Shown here: positions 27,891-41,810 of the stretch, one piece after another
Numbering within the stretch: position 1 is the stretch's first letter
Layout of the letters: the number at the start of each line of letters is the position of its first letter
NCBI GenBank assembly: GCA_964016885.1
Contig: OZ024753.1
Coordinates: 1,550,001-1,614,000 of the forward strand
Direction: 5' to 3'
From: Eledone cirrhosa
Taxonomy: Eukaryota
DNA length: 64,000 nt
Notes under the pieces: generated by a model
Databases searched by the model: none
What the model was told of the DNA's origin: nothing
Seen by the model: the letters and a program-made list of their open reading frames with translations, nothing else
Position numbers and translations under genes: made by a program

Positions 27891-29180
27891 TACGAGGAGG
27901 AGACGGGGTTATTTCTTCCGGTGTTTTAGGTTCTGAATTAAAATCGCACCATGGCCCATTTTGTTGAGGGATTTTATCTGTAGCATGGTTTATCACTACC
28001 ACCTGGCCTTTGGGTGCCTTGAGCGTTCGGGCATTATCTCTGGTTTGAGAATAACTCATTGTTCTTAATGGTTCTGAAACAAAGGGTCATGTGAACTACC
28101 TTTGTTTCTCATTAACCGATAAACAAATACAATTATTTGACATAATGCAGAAATAGGAATATTGCTAGCTAGACTGTTGCTTCTAAGTAGTTCTTGCTTC
28201 TATTAGTCTGATTCGCTCCACTAATGATGTGTAGCTCATATACATCTATTCCATCACCCCCCCCCCTCTCTCTGACTTCCATAACTGAATCTACCAATCT
28301 GATAATGCTAAACTACATATACACCGGGCTGTCAAATGCTGTAAATAATTGTTTACTGTCATGATAGTAATCTCATGTCGTATAACCAGAAATAGGAATC
28401 GAATTATTTGTGATACTGAACAGGATATTAATAAAACCACCAAACTAACTGGACAACTACCAGCGAGAGGAATTGTCTACGCGAACGTCCGATTAGCTAG
28501 AAATAGCAACTAAATCTTATTCAAATCATATCTTACAGTCTTTTGAAAACGAATCCATTAAATAAAGTAGTCCTATGTAAGTAATGGTGAACTGTTTTAA
28601 CTAAAAAACATGACTGTAATACTCAAGTATCATGATTATTCAATATATCGGTTACAGTCTAATATCATACTTGACTAGATAATTTTATTTGAAATAATAT
28701 ATCTCAACATCTGTTCGATATTCTTCAGACCTTCATGGTCATATATGGTTGGTAGCGATATAATGTTCAGTAATATTATTATTATGTAAATATATAGTTC
28801 TTCTATAGAAACCTCTCTACTTCATTAGTAAGGTCCACGTGTACAAATAACATATAAACCCATGCACATCACAGAGGAATTTGTCTTTTGATATGTTTCA
28901 ATAGAGTATAGAGTACAAAATACATTTATATGTGTCGGGATCCGAGAGTTTGGCTAAAACCATAGACAGCATGATGTGAAAACGTTTTAACTGTGGTGGC
29001 AGATATGAATAAAACCAGACGTCGTATCTGCTAGAAAGAGGCGCGAAGTACTACTCACAGTATAAGCAGATCAAGAAATTAAGAATTTGGAGAAGTTATA
29101 TAATATGTATGATGCTTATATTTCTCAGTAGAAAAGCTTAATGGACATTTGCCCAGAGCATCAATAATTCAAATTAAAAG

Positions 29181-29277
<97 letters not shown>

Positions 29278-29801
29278 ATATAAAGAACTTTTCCACCCTA
29301 AAATACGTATTTTTTCCTAAATATTATGTGGTTTATATATGTACAAAATATTTTGTGTTTATTAAACGATATATGGCTCTCTCTCTATATATACACAAAT
29401 ATCTTTTAATTTGAATTATATATATAAACTCGCTACCTAACTAAGGAAACTTCTTGTCGAGTCAAACAACGCCGTGCGTTAAAACTATCCATAGTACAGA
29501 GTACTCACAACCTCTAACTGGATTACCTAAAACGATAACTTGTTATCCCATATATCTTTTAATTTGTATCCTACACACTTCCCTATAGTTTCTTAGCTTT
29601 ACTCTCTCCGCTGCTCTTCCATCTCTCTATAATAGATCATTCCCCCTCTCTACCGCTCTTCACTCTCAAATATTATAAAGCTGAGCGTCGTCTCCCCCTC
29701 TCCCTCTCTATAATTTAACTGCTTTACTCTGTCTTTCTTTACTCTCTATATCACAACACTCTTTTACTTTCCGTATCTACCTTCAATATATCAATATATA
29801 C

Positions 29802-30170
29802 CCAGGTTCTGCTGCACGTCGGGCTGAGGGGGCCAAACTCTTCAAATACCGGTCGCTCTCCGACAGGTTTGCGGTCGTACCTCTGGCAGTGGATACTTCT
29901 GATGTCCTCGGCCCCAGGGCTACCTCCTTACTCACCACCATAGGCGCTGAGCTGGCCAGCCGCAGATGTGAACCCCGCGAGTTGGAGTGGCTTTTCCAGC
30001 GCGTCTCCCTTGCCGTCCTGTGGGGAAACGCCTTCTCCATTCTGTCCGCCGGGGTTGTGGGTGGGCCCCATCGCATACCGTTGTAGTTGTTGTATACAGA
30101 TATAAATAATGGGATTGATGAGTTAATATCATATATCAACATAGAGATGAGCGTCGTATGTATGTTTATT
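29802..30170 (+). mobile_element. CRE-clade non-LTR retrotransposon, 5'-truncated (RLE endonuclease C-terminus plus 3'UTR)
   Basis: Open frame PGSAARRAEGAKLFKYRSLSDRFAVVPLAVDTSDVLGPRATSLLTTIGAELASRRCEPRELEWLFQRVSLAVLWGNAFSIL matches the CRE pattern AA..AE..K..KY..F.P.A.ET.G..QR.S.A..RGNA; GC-rich island. Confidence 0.85.
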
Positions 30171-30581
30171 TCAAAAGGATAACCTCCTTCAAATTCGGTC
30201 AACACACAAGCAGGTAATACATACATCAAAAGGCATCCCTCTTAGAGAGACAGAGTGAAAGAGACAGATTATGAAAACCACACACACACACATCTAAAGA
30301 GAGAGAGGGAGAGAGAGAGGAGAGAGGAGAGAGACTGGGAAAGAGAAACAGAGGGACGGGCAAGCAGGTAATACATACATCTAAAATCATTTGGATGCCA
30401 ATATCATAATATAATGGTTGCAGAACGAAAATACAGACAAATATAATAATGTATGTATCCTACACACTTTTTCTGTCGTCGCTCGCATAACACACACACA
30501 CAAACAATCACACACAATCACACACACACACAATCACACACACACACAATCACACACACACACAATCACACACACACACAA

Positions 30582-30618
<37 letters not shown>

Positions 30619-31441
30619 TTTCGCCAATTGCCGGATAACATCAAAACAAAACACAGGCACACACATACACAAACATATCTATACTTTATATGTATGTAAG
30701 ATCATTCCCCCTCTCTATAATTTAACTGCTTTACTCTCTCTGTCGCTCTTCACTCTCTATATGACAACACTATTTTAGTTCCCTTCAATATATACAGAGA
30801 GAGAGAGAGAGAGAGAGAGAATTGGAAGGACAATGTGACACGGGAGGGTGTGTAGTACATTTGTATTACACGGCTTAGAAATATTCCCTTCTTTGAGCTA
30901 TTTAATTGTATAAGACTATTTCGAGTTTATAACTCAATATTTGATATATAAACACATATATCTTTTAATTTGAATTATATATATATATATATATTTATAA
31001 ATATATACATACACAGATATAGTCATTCATATCAAATGTACGTACATACAAACATTCGTACATACACACACATACATACACACAAATTCATACATACATA
31101 CACGCACAAATTCATACATACATGCATACATATACACACACATACATACACATCTTTTTCAATATTAGAATTATGTTTAAAGAGAAAAAATAATTTTTTT
31201 GCCATCAAACAATATTGTCACATCACAGTAATTTGATGCAATTTATTGCACATGCAGATGTCATGCAGATGTCATGCAGATATTTCTAATTCATTATTAA
31301 TCTTTCATGACGTCTGCATTTCTTTTCTTACGCTATTATTTACATCTATTTACCTACCTCCCTCCCTCCCTCCCCTTGTAGCTGCCATTTGTCTCCCCCC
31401 TCCATGTTTCAATATGGAAGAAAAGTTATAACTCGTGAAGT

Positions 31442-31508
<67 letters not shown>

Positions 31509-31599
31509 TATATATATATATACACACACATGACACCTGAATAATAACCAAAGTGCATATGAACATTCTCTGTTTCACTTTTTATGTATGTGTATATAT

Positions 31600-32105
31600 A
31601 TATACATGCATCTTATATATATATATATATATATATATATGCATCTTATATATATATATATGCATCTTATATATATATATATATATATATGCATCTTATA
31701 TATATATATATATATATATATGCATCTTATATATATATATATATATATATGCATCTTATATATATATGCATCTTATATATATATATATATATGCATCTTA
31801 TATATATATATATGCATCTTATATATATATATATGCATCTTATATATATATATATATATGCATCATATATATATATAAGATGCACATATATATATATAAG
31901 ATGCACATATATATATATATATGCATCTTATATATATATATATATATATATGCATCTTATATATATATGCATCATATATATATATGCATCTTATATATAC
32001 ATAAATATCTTATAGATATATCATATATATATCTTATGGATATATCATATATATATATATATATAAGATATATATCACATATATATATATCACATATATA
32101 TACAT
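31600..32105. repeat. GCATCT(TA)n compound minisatellite
   Basis: About 14 GCATCTTATA-anchored units. Confidence 0.95.
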
Positions 32106-32515
32106 ACTTAAGGAGGAGTGTAAATATTGGAATCATATTGGATTCACTTGGATGCTAAAGAAAGCAATTGGAAGCCAAAGAATCTGTATATAAAGTATTC
32201 CTGACAGAACACTAAAACGAAACCAATTAAACCCATGTTAACAACATTTCTTACTACCTAATATCACTTTTTGTTCAATTTAGATTGTTACATTTCTAGA
32301 AACATCCTTAAGGAACTAATATTTCTAATATTTGGCTATTCCCACCTCCAGCAACCACGCAAGTGTATATATTTATAAAATCTAATAATGCACATTTCTA
32401 TATCTCCCTCTGGTCTGTCTCACATTCTATCCCCAACTATCTATCTCCCTCTCTTTTTGTCTCTCATTCTCTCTCTCCCTCTATCTATCTAACAATATAT
32501 CCATCCATATCAATA

Positions 32516-32571
<56 letters not shown>

Positions 32572-32594
32572 TCTATGTATACACACACACACAC

Positions 32595-32633
<39 letters not shown>

Positions 32634-32781
32634 CATACACACGCATATATATATATATATATGTGTGTATGTATGTATATATATATATATACGTATACAT
32701 ATATGTATGTACGTGTACATACTTATATTTAAGTAACAGTCGTACTAAGAGTGGGAAATGAAATTTCGTTTCATTTTTTCC

Positions 32782-32820
<39 letters not shown>

Positions 32821-32869
32821 TACACACGCATATATATATATATACATACATACACACGCATATATAGTT

Positions 32870-33122
32870 TGAGATGAAAATGAAGAGATTACAACTATAC
32901 AAAGTCTTATTAGAAAAGGAAAAAGAATGCCTTAACGCATCGAACGTTAGTCCTTCATCAGAGGAGAGGGAGTGAGGTTAGAGGATTTATGTTGTTGGAA
33001 GCTGGCGGTAAAAAGAAGAAAATACGTGTTTATCAGGATGGGTGAGATGTTCGGTAAGTAACTCCGTGTCTGCGGTAGTGCGCCGAGGTAATGGCGGAGC
33101 GTCCGGACCCATCATTGCTGCT
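32870..33122 (-). mobile_element. Probable PLE 3' fragment with degenerate minimal hammerhead (32930-32964)
   Basis: Minus strand: CCT-CTGATGA-A-GGAC TAAC GTTC-GATG(should be GAAA)-CGTTA-AGG; related to 37546-37581. Confidence 0.55.
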
Positions 33123-33191
33123 GATATATGTATGTTGATATATATGTGTATTGTGGTGTTTCTTTTGTGGGTGTGTTTGTTGAACATAGAA

Positions 33192-33588
<397 letters not shown>

Positions 33589-33622
33589 TAACGCGAAGTT
33601 ACTGTAGGTTCACCCAGCTGCA

Positions 33623-33708
33623 GGTTCCGACGAGCTTTTGATTCCAGAATCGGACCATATCGATACAGATCGAACCTTGTGTTGATCAATAGCGAAACGC
33701 GCGTCACC
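33623..33708 (+). ncRNA. PLE-type minimal type I hammerhead motif with extended stem II (core U4C variant)
   Basis: GGT(T)-CCGACGA-[GCTTTTGAT...ATCAATAGC]-GAAAC-GCGC-GTC-ACC, followed by AATAAA at 33713-33718. Confidence 0.6.
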
Positions 33709-33831
33709 AATCAATAAACGTAATGAAAGCTTAACCAATCGTCCTTGTGTTATTATTATAATAATAATAATAATAATAATATATATCTTAGCTGGAGACA
33801 TGCTTTTTGTTTATAATAATTAATAATGTAG

Positions 33832-33867
<36 letters not shown>

Positions 33868-33950
33868 GTGTTATCCCGAGTTCAATCGGGGGTAACCACA
33901 GTAAGTAAGGTACTCAATACAGTTCAGAGTATAAATGTTTAATATAGAAA

Positions 33951-34000
33951 AGCTTCTACAGGACTAGAACTGTTTCATTCGTGAAAAATCATCAGGAAGG
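33951..34000 (-). ncRNA. Mirror hammerhead with weakened stem II
   Basis: CUUC-CUGAUGA-UUUUUCACGAAU-GAAA-CAG..CUG-UA-GAAG. Confidence 0.55.
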
Positions 34001-34034
34001 TGACTGTCCATCCGCCATATTTACTTGGACAGTC

Positions 34035-34085
34035 AGCTTCCTGATGAATTCTAACGAATGAAACAGTTCTAGTCCTGTAGAAGCT
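34035..34085 (+). ncRNA. Type I hammerhead ribozyme (complete core)
   Basis: AGCUUC-CUGAUGA-AUUC UAAC GAAU-GAAA-CAG UUCUAGUC CUG-UA-GAAGCU: three stems and all core nucleotides; predicted cut 3' of A34079 (GUA triplet). Confidence 0.85.
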
Positions 34086-34164
34086 TTTCTATATTAAACA
34101 TTTATACTCTGAACTGTATTGAGTACCTTACTTACTGTGGTTACCACCGATTGAACTCGGGATA

Positions 34165-34265
<101 letters not shown>

Positions 34266-34421
34266 CTACATTATTAATTATTATAAACAAAAAGCATGTC
34301 TCCAGCTAAGACGTGCAATTAAATCAAACGTATAATAATCGCAGTGAGATTTTAGGCTATGGTTCTAAGACTTCTCCATTTTAATGGAAATGCTCCTTAA
34401 CTTTCGAAAGAAGAAATCTAC

Positions 34422-34610
34422 TAATAATTTTTTTTCTTTTGGCACAGGGCCAGCAATTACCCAGTACATTAATGGTACTTTATTTTATCGACCTTGTAAG
34501 GATGAAAGGCAAAGTTAACCTGGGAAGGATTTGAAATCAGATCTTAAAGGGCCGTAACTCGTTGCTGCAAAGCATGGCGTCCGACCTCCTACCGATACTG
34601 CCAATCCACC
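34422..34610 (-). mobile_element. Nin-domain SINE (short variant)
   Basis: Reverse complement of family consensus. Confidence 0.9.
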
Positions 34611-34614
34611 TACC

Positions 34615-34806
34615 AATAATTGTTTCTACTTTTGGCACAAGGCCAGCAATTATCCCAGTGTATTACTGGTACTTTATTTTATCTACCCCGTAAGGATGAA
34701 AGGCAAAGTTAACCTCGGCGGGATTTGAACTCAGACCATAAAGGGCCGTAACTCTATGTTGCAAAGCATGGCGTCCGACCCTCTACCGATACTGTCAATC
34801 CACCGC
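34615..34806 (-). mobile_element. Nin-domain SINE (short variant), tandem with previous copy
   Basis: Reverse complement of family consensus. Confidence 0.92.
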
Positions 34807-36174
34807 AATGTTACCTCAACTGAATCAATAGCATCGGTATTAACACCAAACAGTGTTCTGGGGGATTTAGATCAACTGAAAGGACAATCGTCCTTATCTG
34901 CGCCATTAATTACAAACCTCGGATGAAGTACAGAACTGCTTCTTCATAGGTTATGAATTTAAATCAACATAAAATATTACGCTTTGTGTATTTTGACGAT
35001 AGATGTAATTCCAACTTAGTCACTAGTCAGCTGTTACGAATAAATTTTACTTTGTGAAGAAATATCTGAGACAGAGAAGAATTATATATATATTTATAGA
35101 TTATGTTCTCATCAGCTTAAACACTTGTCTTTATGGATAAATGAAGACTTTAGAAACTTTGTCTTGTTCTATAATTCTAAGTGTGCTTAAAGACATGTTA
35201 AGGGTATTCAACACAATAAGTAACGAAAGGAAAGAAAAAGAACTGAAACGAGAAGAAAAAAGAAGGAAAAATGCGTAAAAGAAAGAAAAAAGAAGGCAAA
35301 CAAGAAAAAAGAAAGAAAGAATAAGAAAGAAAAAAGAAACAATATATAAAGATTATGAAGACAAAATGAAAATGTTGCAAAGTTATAACCGGAACGAAAA
35401 GCAAGGGAAATTTCTGATAACATATAATAGAGTAATAAAATCAAATTAGAGAAAGTGAAATGAAACAGAATTTAATAACAATAGTGAAGAAAGGTTTTAA
35501 ATTACATGTATATTAAAGAGATAACTCTAGACTACAAATATGTATTATCTTGTAAGATAGGGAATGAGATTTAATAGTCGGTGTTATGCTTCGAATTCTA
35601 AAATAGTATGTAAAAACTATGAAACAGCAGAGATAAAATAAACCCAAACCCAAAGAAATAAAATATTGTAAAAGTAACCCTAGCTAAAGTGAAAGAAGAA
35701 GAAGAAACAAATGAGTAATTTGATCGAGACGAGCATATGACTATAAATAAACTTTCTATACAGCAGATAAGCAGAAGAAACAGAATAGAGATGCCATGTT
35801 GGAGAACGTCATGTCTGCAGTGATTACGATGATAATATTAAATCTGAAATTCTTCATATATATGCAATACATGAAAATAAAAGCAAATTAAATTTGAATA
35901 TAGTTTAAAATTGAATTTTCTTCAAAGAAAATTAAATTTTAGATCACGTTAATACATTAAGTTCATTAATTTGTTAAGCCTATCTAGCAGATGAACAGCT
36001 TTGAACTTCAGTATCTGCATGGGATAGTCAGGTCCTTGAATATATTTATAAAATTATTAAGTTGATTTTTATAAAATAAAAATTTAATGAACCTGGAAGC
36101 AGGGAGATTCATGTTTTCATTTTAATCTGAAATTAAACAGTTGTAAATAGATGAGTAGAACTGACAGTCGTATA

Positions 36175-36601
36175 TACGAGTGTCGGCGGAAAGTGTCTGA
36201 TCAAAATACTCTCATGGAATGACTAAATGAGCTCTATTTTCAGCGTGAAGTTATTAATAACAAGAATTGAAATTAATGCATGCCAGATTTCGTAGCCCTA
36301 GCATCACTCCTTCATATTCAGCCTATGAACTTTTCAGTCTACCCTCTAGGTTTGGATGTCGTGATCAAAGCTTAAAACATCCATTGCGAGATCATAGTCT
36401 GACCAAGATATTCTAATAGAATGACTAAATTAGGACTATTTTTCAACATAGTCCCTGAGTTGAAATTAACAAGAGATGAAATTAATGCATGTCAGATTTC
36501 ATAGCCCTAGCATCACTCCTTCATAGACAGACTCTGAATTTTTTAGTCTACCTTTTAGATTTGGCTGTCGTGATCAAAACTTAAAACATCCATAGCGAGA
36601 C
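36175..36601 (+). mobile_element. Mariner-like MITE with tandem duplication of a unit of about 210 bp
   Basis: TACGAGTGTCGGCGGAAAG...TGAACTTTTCAGTCTACCCTC TIR-like ends; 36195-36391 repeated at 36397-36601. Confidence 0.65.
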
Positions 36602-36614
36602 CTATATGTTTTAC

Positions 36615-36764
36615 TTCTGAGTTCAAATCCCGCTGAGGTTAGCTTTGCGTTTCATCCTTACCTGATCGATAAAGTAAAGTACCAGTAACGTACTAGGATC
36701 GATTTAATCGACTTTCTCTTATCACAAAAATGTTAGCCTTGTACCTAAATCAGAAACCATTATT
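36615..36764 (+). mobile_element. 5'-truncated Nin-SINE (long variant)
   Basis: B-box, Nin core, hairpin, tail. Confidence 0.85.
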
Positions 36765-36819
36765 AATTACTATATCGTATATACCTTTATATTACGAATG
36801 ACACTATTATATATATATA

Positions 36820-36920
36820 TATTGTTATACTTGGGGAGGGTCATATTGTTGTAATAATATTGCCAGAATTAATAACACTCACTCTTTGGTTGGTTTTCGC
36901 ATCTGTATCTTTTATATCAG

Positions 36921-36922
<2 letters not shown>
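36820..36922 (+). mobile_element. Short (TA)n-embedded dispersed repeat, copy 2
   Basis: Matches 17750-17855. Confidence 0.75.
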
Positions 36923-36966
<44 letters not shown>

Positions 36967-37545
36967 TTAAACACACACAAAGTTATATATATATGTGTGT
37001 GCGTGTGTGAGTGTGTATGCATGTGTGTATGCATGTGTGTGTGTGAGTATGTGCGTGCGTTTAACGAAACCCATGGAGATTTCATTGAAGACAAAACTTG
37101 CTGAATGTCACTAATTAATTATAATTCCACCTAGGATTTTTATTGATGCTGCTCCAGAGAACTTTATATTCTTTACTGAAGGGCAGCCATGTTTCTATTG
37201 CTAAAGACCTACAATAATTAATTAATTAATTAATTAAATCTATTTTTGGCTGTCCCGATTCGAAATAATGTTGCAGAGAAAAGAATTTCTTGTAAAGCAT
37301 TAAGACAGGTGATTACACCAGCCTTTAAGCGTTTGGAAGTTGACGATTATTCAATTCATTATGAAGAACATGTTATTAGAAAGACAATATATATATATTA
37401 AAGATAGTTGACTTAAAAATACAAGTTTTCTCTCTCCTATACACTTTTTCTCGTTTTTCTCTCTCTCCTATACACTTTTTCTCGTTTTATTCCTTCTCTT
37501 ACTCTCGTCAATTTTCTCATACTTTCTTCTCTTTCTCTTATTTTA

Positions 37546-37581
37546 TCTTTTGATGTAAGAATAGCGTCCGAAACGTTAAGA
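37546..37581 (+). ncRNA. Degenerate minimal hammerhead relic
   Basis: TCT-TTTGATGT-AAGAATAGCGTCC-GAAACGTTA-AGA; same family as 32930-32964. Confidence 0.4.
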
Positions 37582-38401
37582 TGCTTTTCAAATTACATCA
37601 AGCGTTAAACAAATTATACACATATATATGTATCAAATGTATCAGTAAATTAAAATGTTACAAAAACTAAAAATATCATAAGTCATGGTCTGTGTCAACA
37701 AAAATAAATTCTGTTGGCATTTATGGGAGCCTGTCTCAGTAAAAACTCTTTAAGCCTCCGGGGGAAAGCTTTATTCGAAACGTCAGTACACATGCCATGT
37801 GAATATATCCAAATTAGCGTCAAGCCATCAATGAATGCATTCACTTTGATAACATATTCCGATAAACTGAAAAAAAAGGACCTCTAGGCAGCAATCAATA
37901 TGAAATGAAAAGATAAGGGAGGCATGTTAACATGACTTTTAGATAAATAGAGAACAACTATTTTTTTTCTCTCCTCGAAACAATGAACGGAAAATGTTTG
38001 TTCGATAAACGGATAATATTTTGGCATTTGAAGACTTACAGTTTTTCATTATCTTTATGTAATCTTGAAAATTATTTCATTGGTTCATAATTCTATTATG
38101 ATTCAATAAAATAGAATAAATAATCTAACATAAAATAAATATGTGAGGTTTTTTGGTTTTAAACGAAAGTTTTAAAATATGCGTGACTTTCTACGGTAAT
38201 TTCAGATATTTGGAATGTATTTTTCTTTAAAATATTATAGATTTTACCAAAGCTTAAAACAATGATAATATTCTTAAAACAATGATTTGTTTGTTCTATT
38301 AGGCAATGTGAAATATAACTTCTACGGTATTTAGCTTCAGATCTTCTTTGGTATACATTTTTACTTATTACGAAAACCTATCGAAACACGTCTAATATAT
38401 A

Positions 38402-38545
38402 GCATTGGCAGTCGTTAGAACGTCGGACAGAATGCTTTGTGGTATTCGTTCTCCGATTTCAAATCTCACCGAGCTCAACTTTGCCTTTCATCCTTTCGAG
38501 GTCGATAAAAAAAAATACTAGTCTAGTACTGAGGTCGATTCTTCC
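38402..38545 (+). mobile_element. Diverged Nin-SINE
   Basis: TGGCAGTCGTTAGAACGTCGG head plus Nin core. Confidence 0.75.
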
Positions 38546-38884
38546 TCTCTCTAGAAGAAATCTGCTGTACTCAGACCAGAGAGGGATGGGCTCCGCCAGG
38601 CTTAAAATGTCAAAGAAACGCTGCATGTCAATACAGTGCTCCTTCGACTCTATCAGGAGTTACGAGACCATACATACATATATAATGACTGCGCTATACA
38701 CAGCAAAAATCTTTTCACAGTTATACAGACCTGACTATTGAGGGCTTAGTATATTTAGCATATAAAATTATAAAATGTTTGAACAGAAATATTTCAGATA
38801 ACGAAACTGTTCTTGAGGAAATAGTATCAAATGTAGAATACGATAGACAAAGAAAAGAAAAAAAGAGAGATTGAAAAAGAGAGA

Positions 38885-38971
<87 letters not shown>

Positions 38972-39429
38972 ATGAGACTTTATACAAAGATAAATACATG
39001 AACTGAAGATATTTCGTGTTTGATTGCTAACTACAACATCGAATTATGATAATTTTCAACTGAAAGTCTTCAAAGCTTTCACCAAAATTTGGAATGTTCT
39101 TCAGCCTACTTTATTTAATGTTCACCTCTTCAAGCTATATCTTATTGATTTGTCATAAGATAATTAGTGTTTTTCAACAGTAATTGTATTTGAAATATAA
39201 AACTAACGAAGGAATGATTTCGTGAAGAATCACTTAAAGTTCTATTCTTCTATTCCTTCAATTACTCATCAAGATCAAGTCTTAGATATATTATAGTAAA
39301 CATTGCTAATCCAAAGTTCTGATGAGGAAAAAAGTTTGGCATAGGACTAGCAAACCTACCCTACATAAACTACAGAAAAACTATTAGAAGGCACGCTTCA
39401 GTCATAGTTGAACGTGGGTTTGTTCCTAG

Positions 39430-39682
39430 AATGTTCTGCTCCAAGGCACAAACTCGGGTAATGTATTTTTGTCGAAGCCCAGTAGTCATCTATGCATGCT
39501 AGTCTCCTCTCATCACCTCACCAATGTTATCCAAGGAAAAGGCAAAGATGGATACAACTTTGCACAAGTGACGTCGTAACTTATTTTTTTCCAGTTGAGT
39601 TAACTGGAGTAATGTGAAATGATGCGTCTTGCTCGAGGACACAACGCACTGCCCGGTCTGGAAATTGAACTAACAACTCTAA
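39430..39682 (-). mobile_element. Second tRNA-derived SINE family (GTGTCCTTGAGCAAGACAC-type core); related pieces at 51560-51652 (-) and 58170-58390 (+)
   Basis: Minus strand: GTTCAATTTCC B-box-like, then GTTGTGTCCTCGAGCAAGACGCA...CCAGTTAACTCAACTG. Confidence 0.65.
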
Positions 39683-40295
39683 TACCGGTCTATGTCATAC
39701 AATTATTTTATTTTAGAATTGTCCTTCGATATTGAGCGAAGTACTTTAGTGTAATAATCCGTTCGAAATTGAATTTATTTCATGGGAAACATAAGATTAG
39801 ACGTAACTTACCCATGTGATCTTCTAAGGACACACACGCAACAATTTCTGATTTCCAAGGAAATAACAAATGAAAAGAAAAGAAACACACATTTTTTTTT
39901 TTTTGCGCAAGAAATCTTTATAAGATTAGTATCAAGATATAGAATTTGGCGCGCATAATTGCATGGGATTTTGAAAAAAAAAGGCAATTTATATTTACCC
40001 GAAAGGAAAATAAATGTTTTGTTGTTTCTCTATAAAACGTGCAAATGTGTTCCATGTCAACTTTATAGAGGGAAGTTATAATACAATATAGTTTAGAGAG
40101 AGAGAGCGAGAGAAAGAGAGCGAGAGAAAGAGAGAGAGAGATGGAGTGAAGGGGAGAGATGGCGCAGATAAAGAAACTGAGTTCGGCCTCTTCCACAGAA
40201 CGCACGCCATCAACACACAAATAAACACTTACACACATATATATGTGTGTATCTCTCCCTCTTATCTCTCTATTATATATATACGCATATAATGC

Positions 40296-40342
<47 letters not shown>

Positions 40343-40776
40343 CATACATATGCTGACTAAAATTGTGTTATTTCAAGCAGAACATCTTTTTAACTCCTGA
40401 CTCTCCACATGATGCATTTGACACTAATGACAACTATGTACCCTAAAAATTCTAATTGACTAGGATTCTAGTTACACGTTTTCGACATTCCTTATGCTCC
40501 GATGATTCCAGACTTCCCTCTGGAAGAAACAACTGTCAGCTAATAAATGTTCTAAAGTAAAATTTTATCGTTTTAACGCTTTCTACATACATACATATGT
40601 AAGTATATATATACACATATACATACATATGTATATGTATATGTATATACATATACATATGTATGTATATGTATATACATAATGCATTATATGTATATAC
40701 ATATACATACATATGTATATATACATATAATGCATATATATATATACATATAATGCATATATATATATACATATAA

Positions 40777-40814
<38 letters not shown>

Positions 40815-40824
40815 GCATTATATG

Positions 40825-40857
<33 letters not shown>

Positions 40858-41227
40858 TACACACACACATATATATATATAAACTACATACATATATATA
40901 CATAACATACACAAACATATATATAAACTACATATATATATATATAATGAGGACGTTTCTTTCGTATTCGTCTTATTCGGGAAACCTCTGGTAATGAGGT
41001 AATTATATTGTATTGTTTATTATACATTATGAATATATATATACATATAAACTACATATATATATATACATAACATACATATATATATTTAAAACATTCA
41101 AACATTACCTGAATGAGCACTCAATACTGGTTGTTAGAAGCCACTGACACTTTTCTACTTAGAAATACATACAAACGTACGTACATATACACATAATACT
41201 TACATACAAACATACACATAGCCGTAC

Positions 41228-41361
41228 ATATTTTATCGAACCCAGATGGATAAAAGCAAAGATGACCTCGGCGCCATTTGATCTCAGAACGTAGAAAGTC
41301 GTAACTTATTACCACAAAGCATATTGTACGGCACTCTACCAATATTGCCAATCCACTGCCC
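41228..41361 (-). mobile_element. Diverged Nin-SINE 5' part
   Basis: Reverse complement of head and core. Confidence 0.7.
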
Positions 41362-41754
41362 TAGATTAAATAGAAAATAACGTAAACACAAAGATCAAGT
41401 CATCGACAAAATAATTTTGTAATTACTGAAAATACTCAGACGTCAACATTAAAAAAAAATAACTGAAAAATGTCCGCCTATAATGAAGAAGAAATACACA
41501 GATGATTCTTCTAATAAAAATTGACAATAACATCCGCCACTAAAATAATTTTACCAGACGAGAAGATTATGAAGGTGTAGATACGATGATGGACTTCGGA
41601 AATTCGTTGTTCCAAACAAATTCTAAAAATCTAATAAAGAATAATGAACATATTTGAATAAATAGAAATACATCGTGCCGTACATACATACATTCATTCA
41701 TACATACATACACGCACGCGCAAATAATTTTACGTTCACACACACACACATTTT

Positions 41755-41777
41755 ATATATATTATATATATATATAT

Positions 41778-41810
<33 letters not shown>

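Noticed and set aside
40947-41000. GAAACGTC on the minus strand within (TA)n; similar motifs near 3035 and 37777
   Set aside because: No recognisable CUGANGA with a supporting stem I
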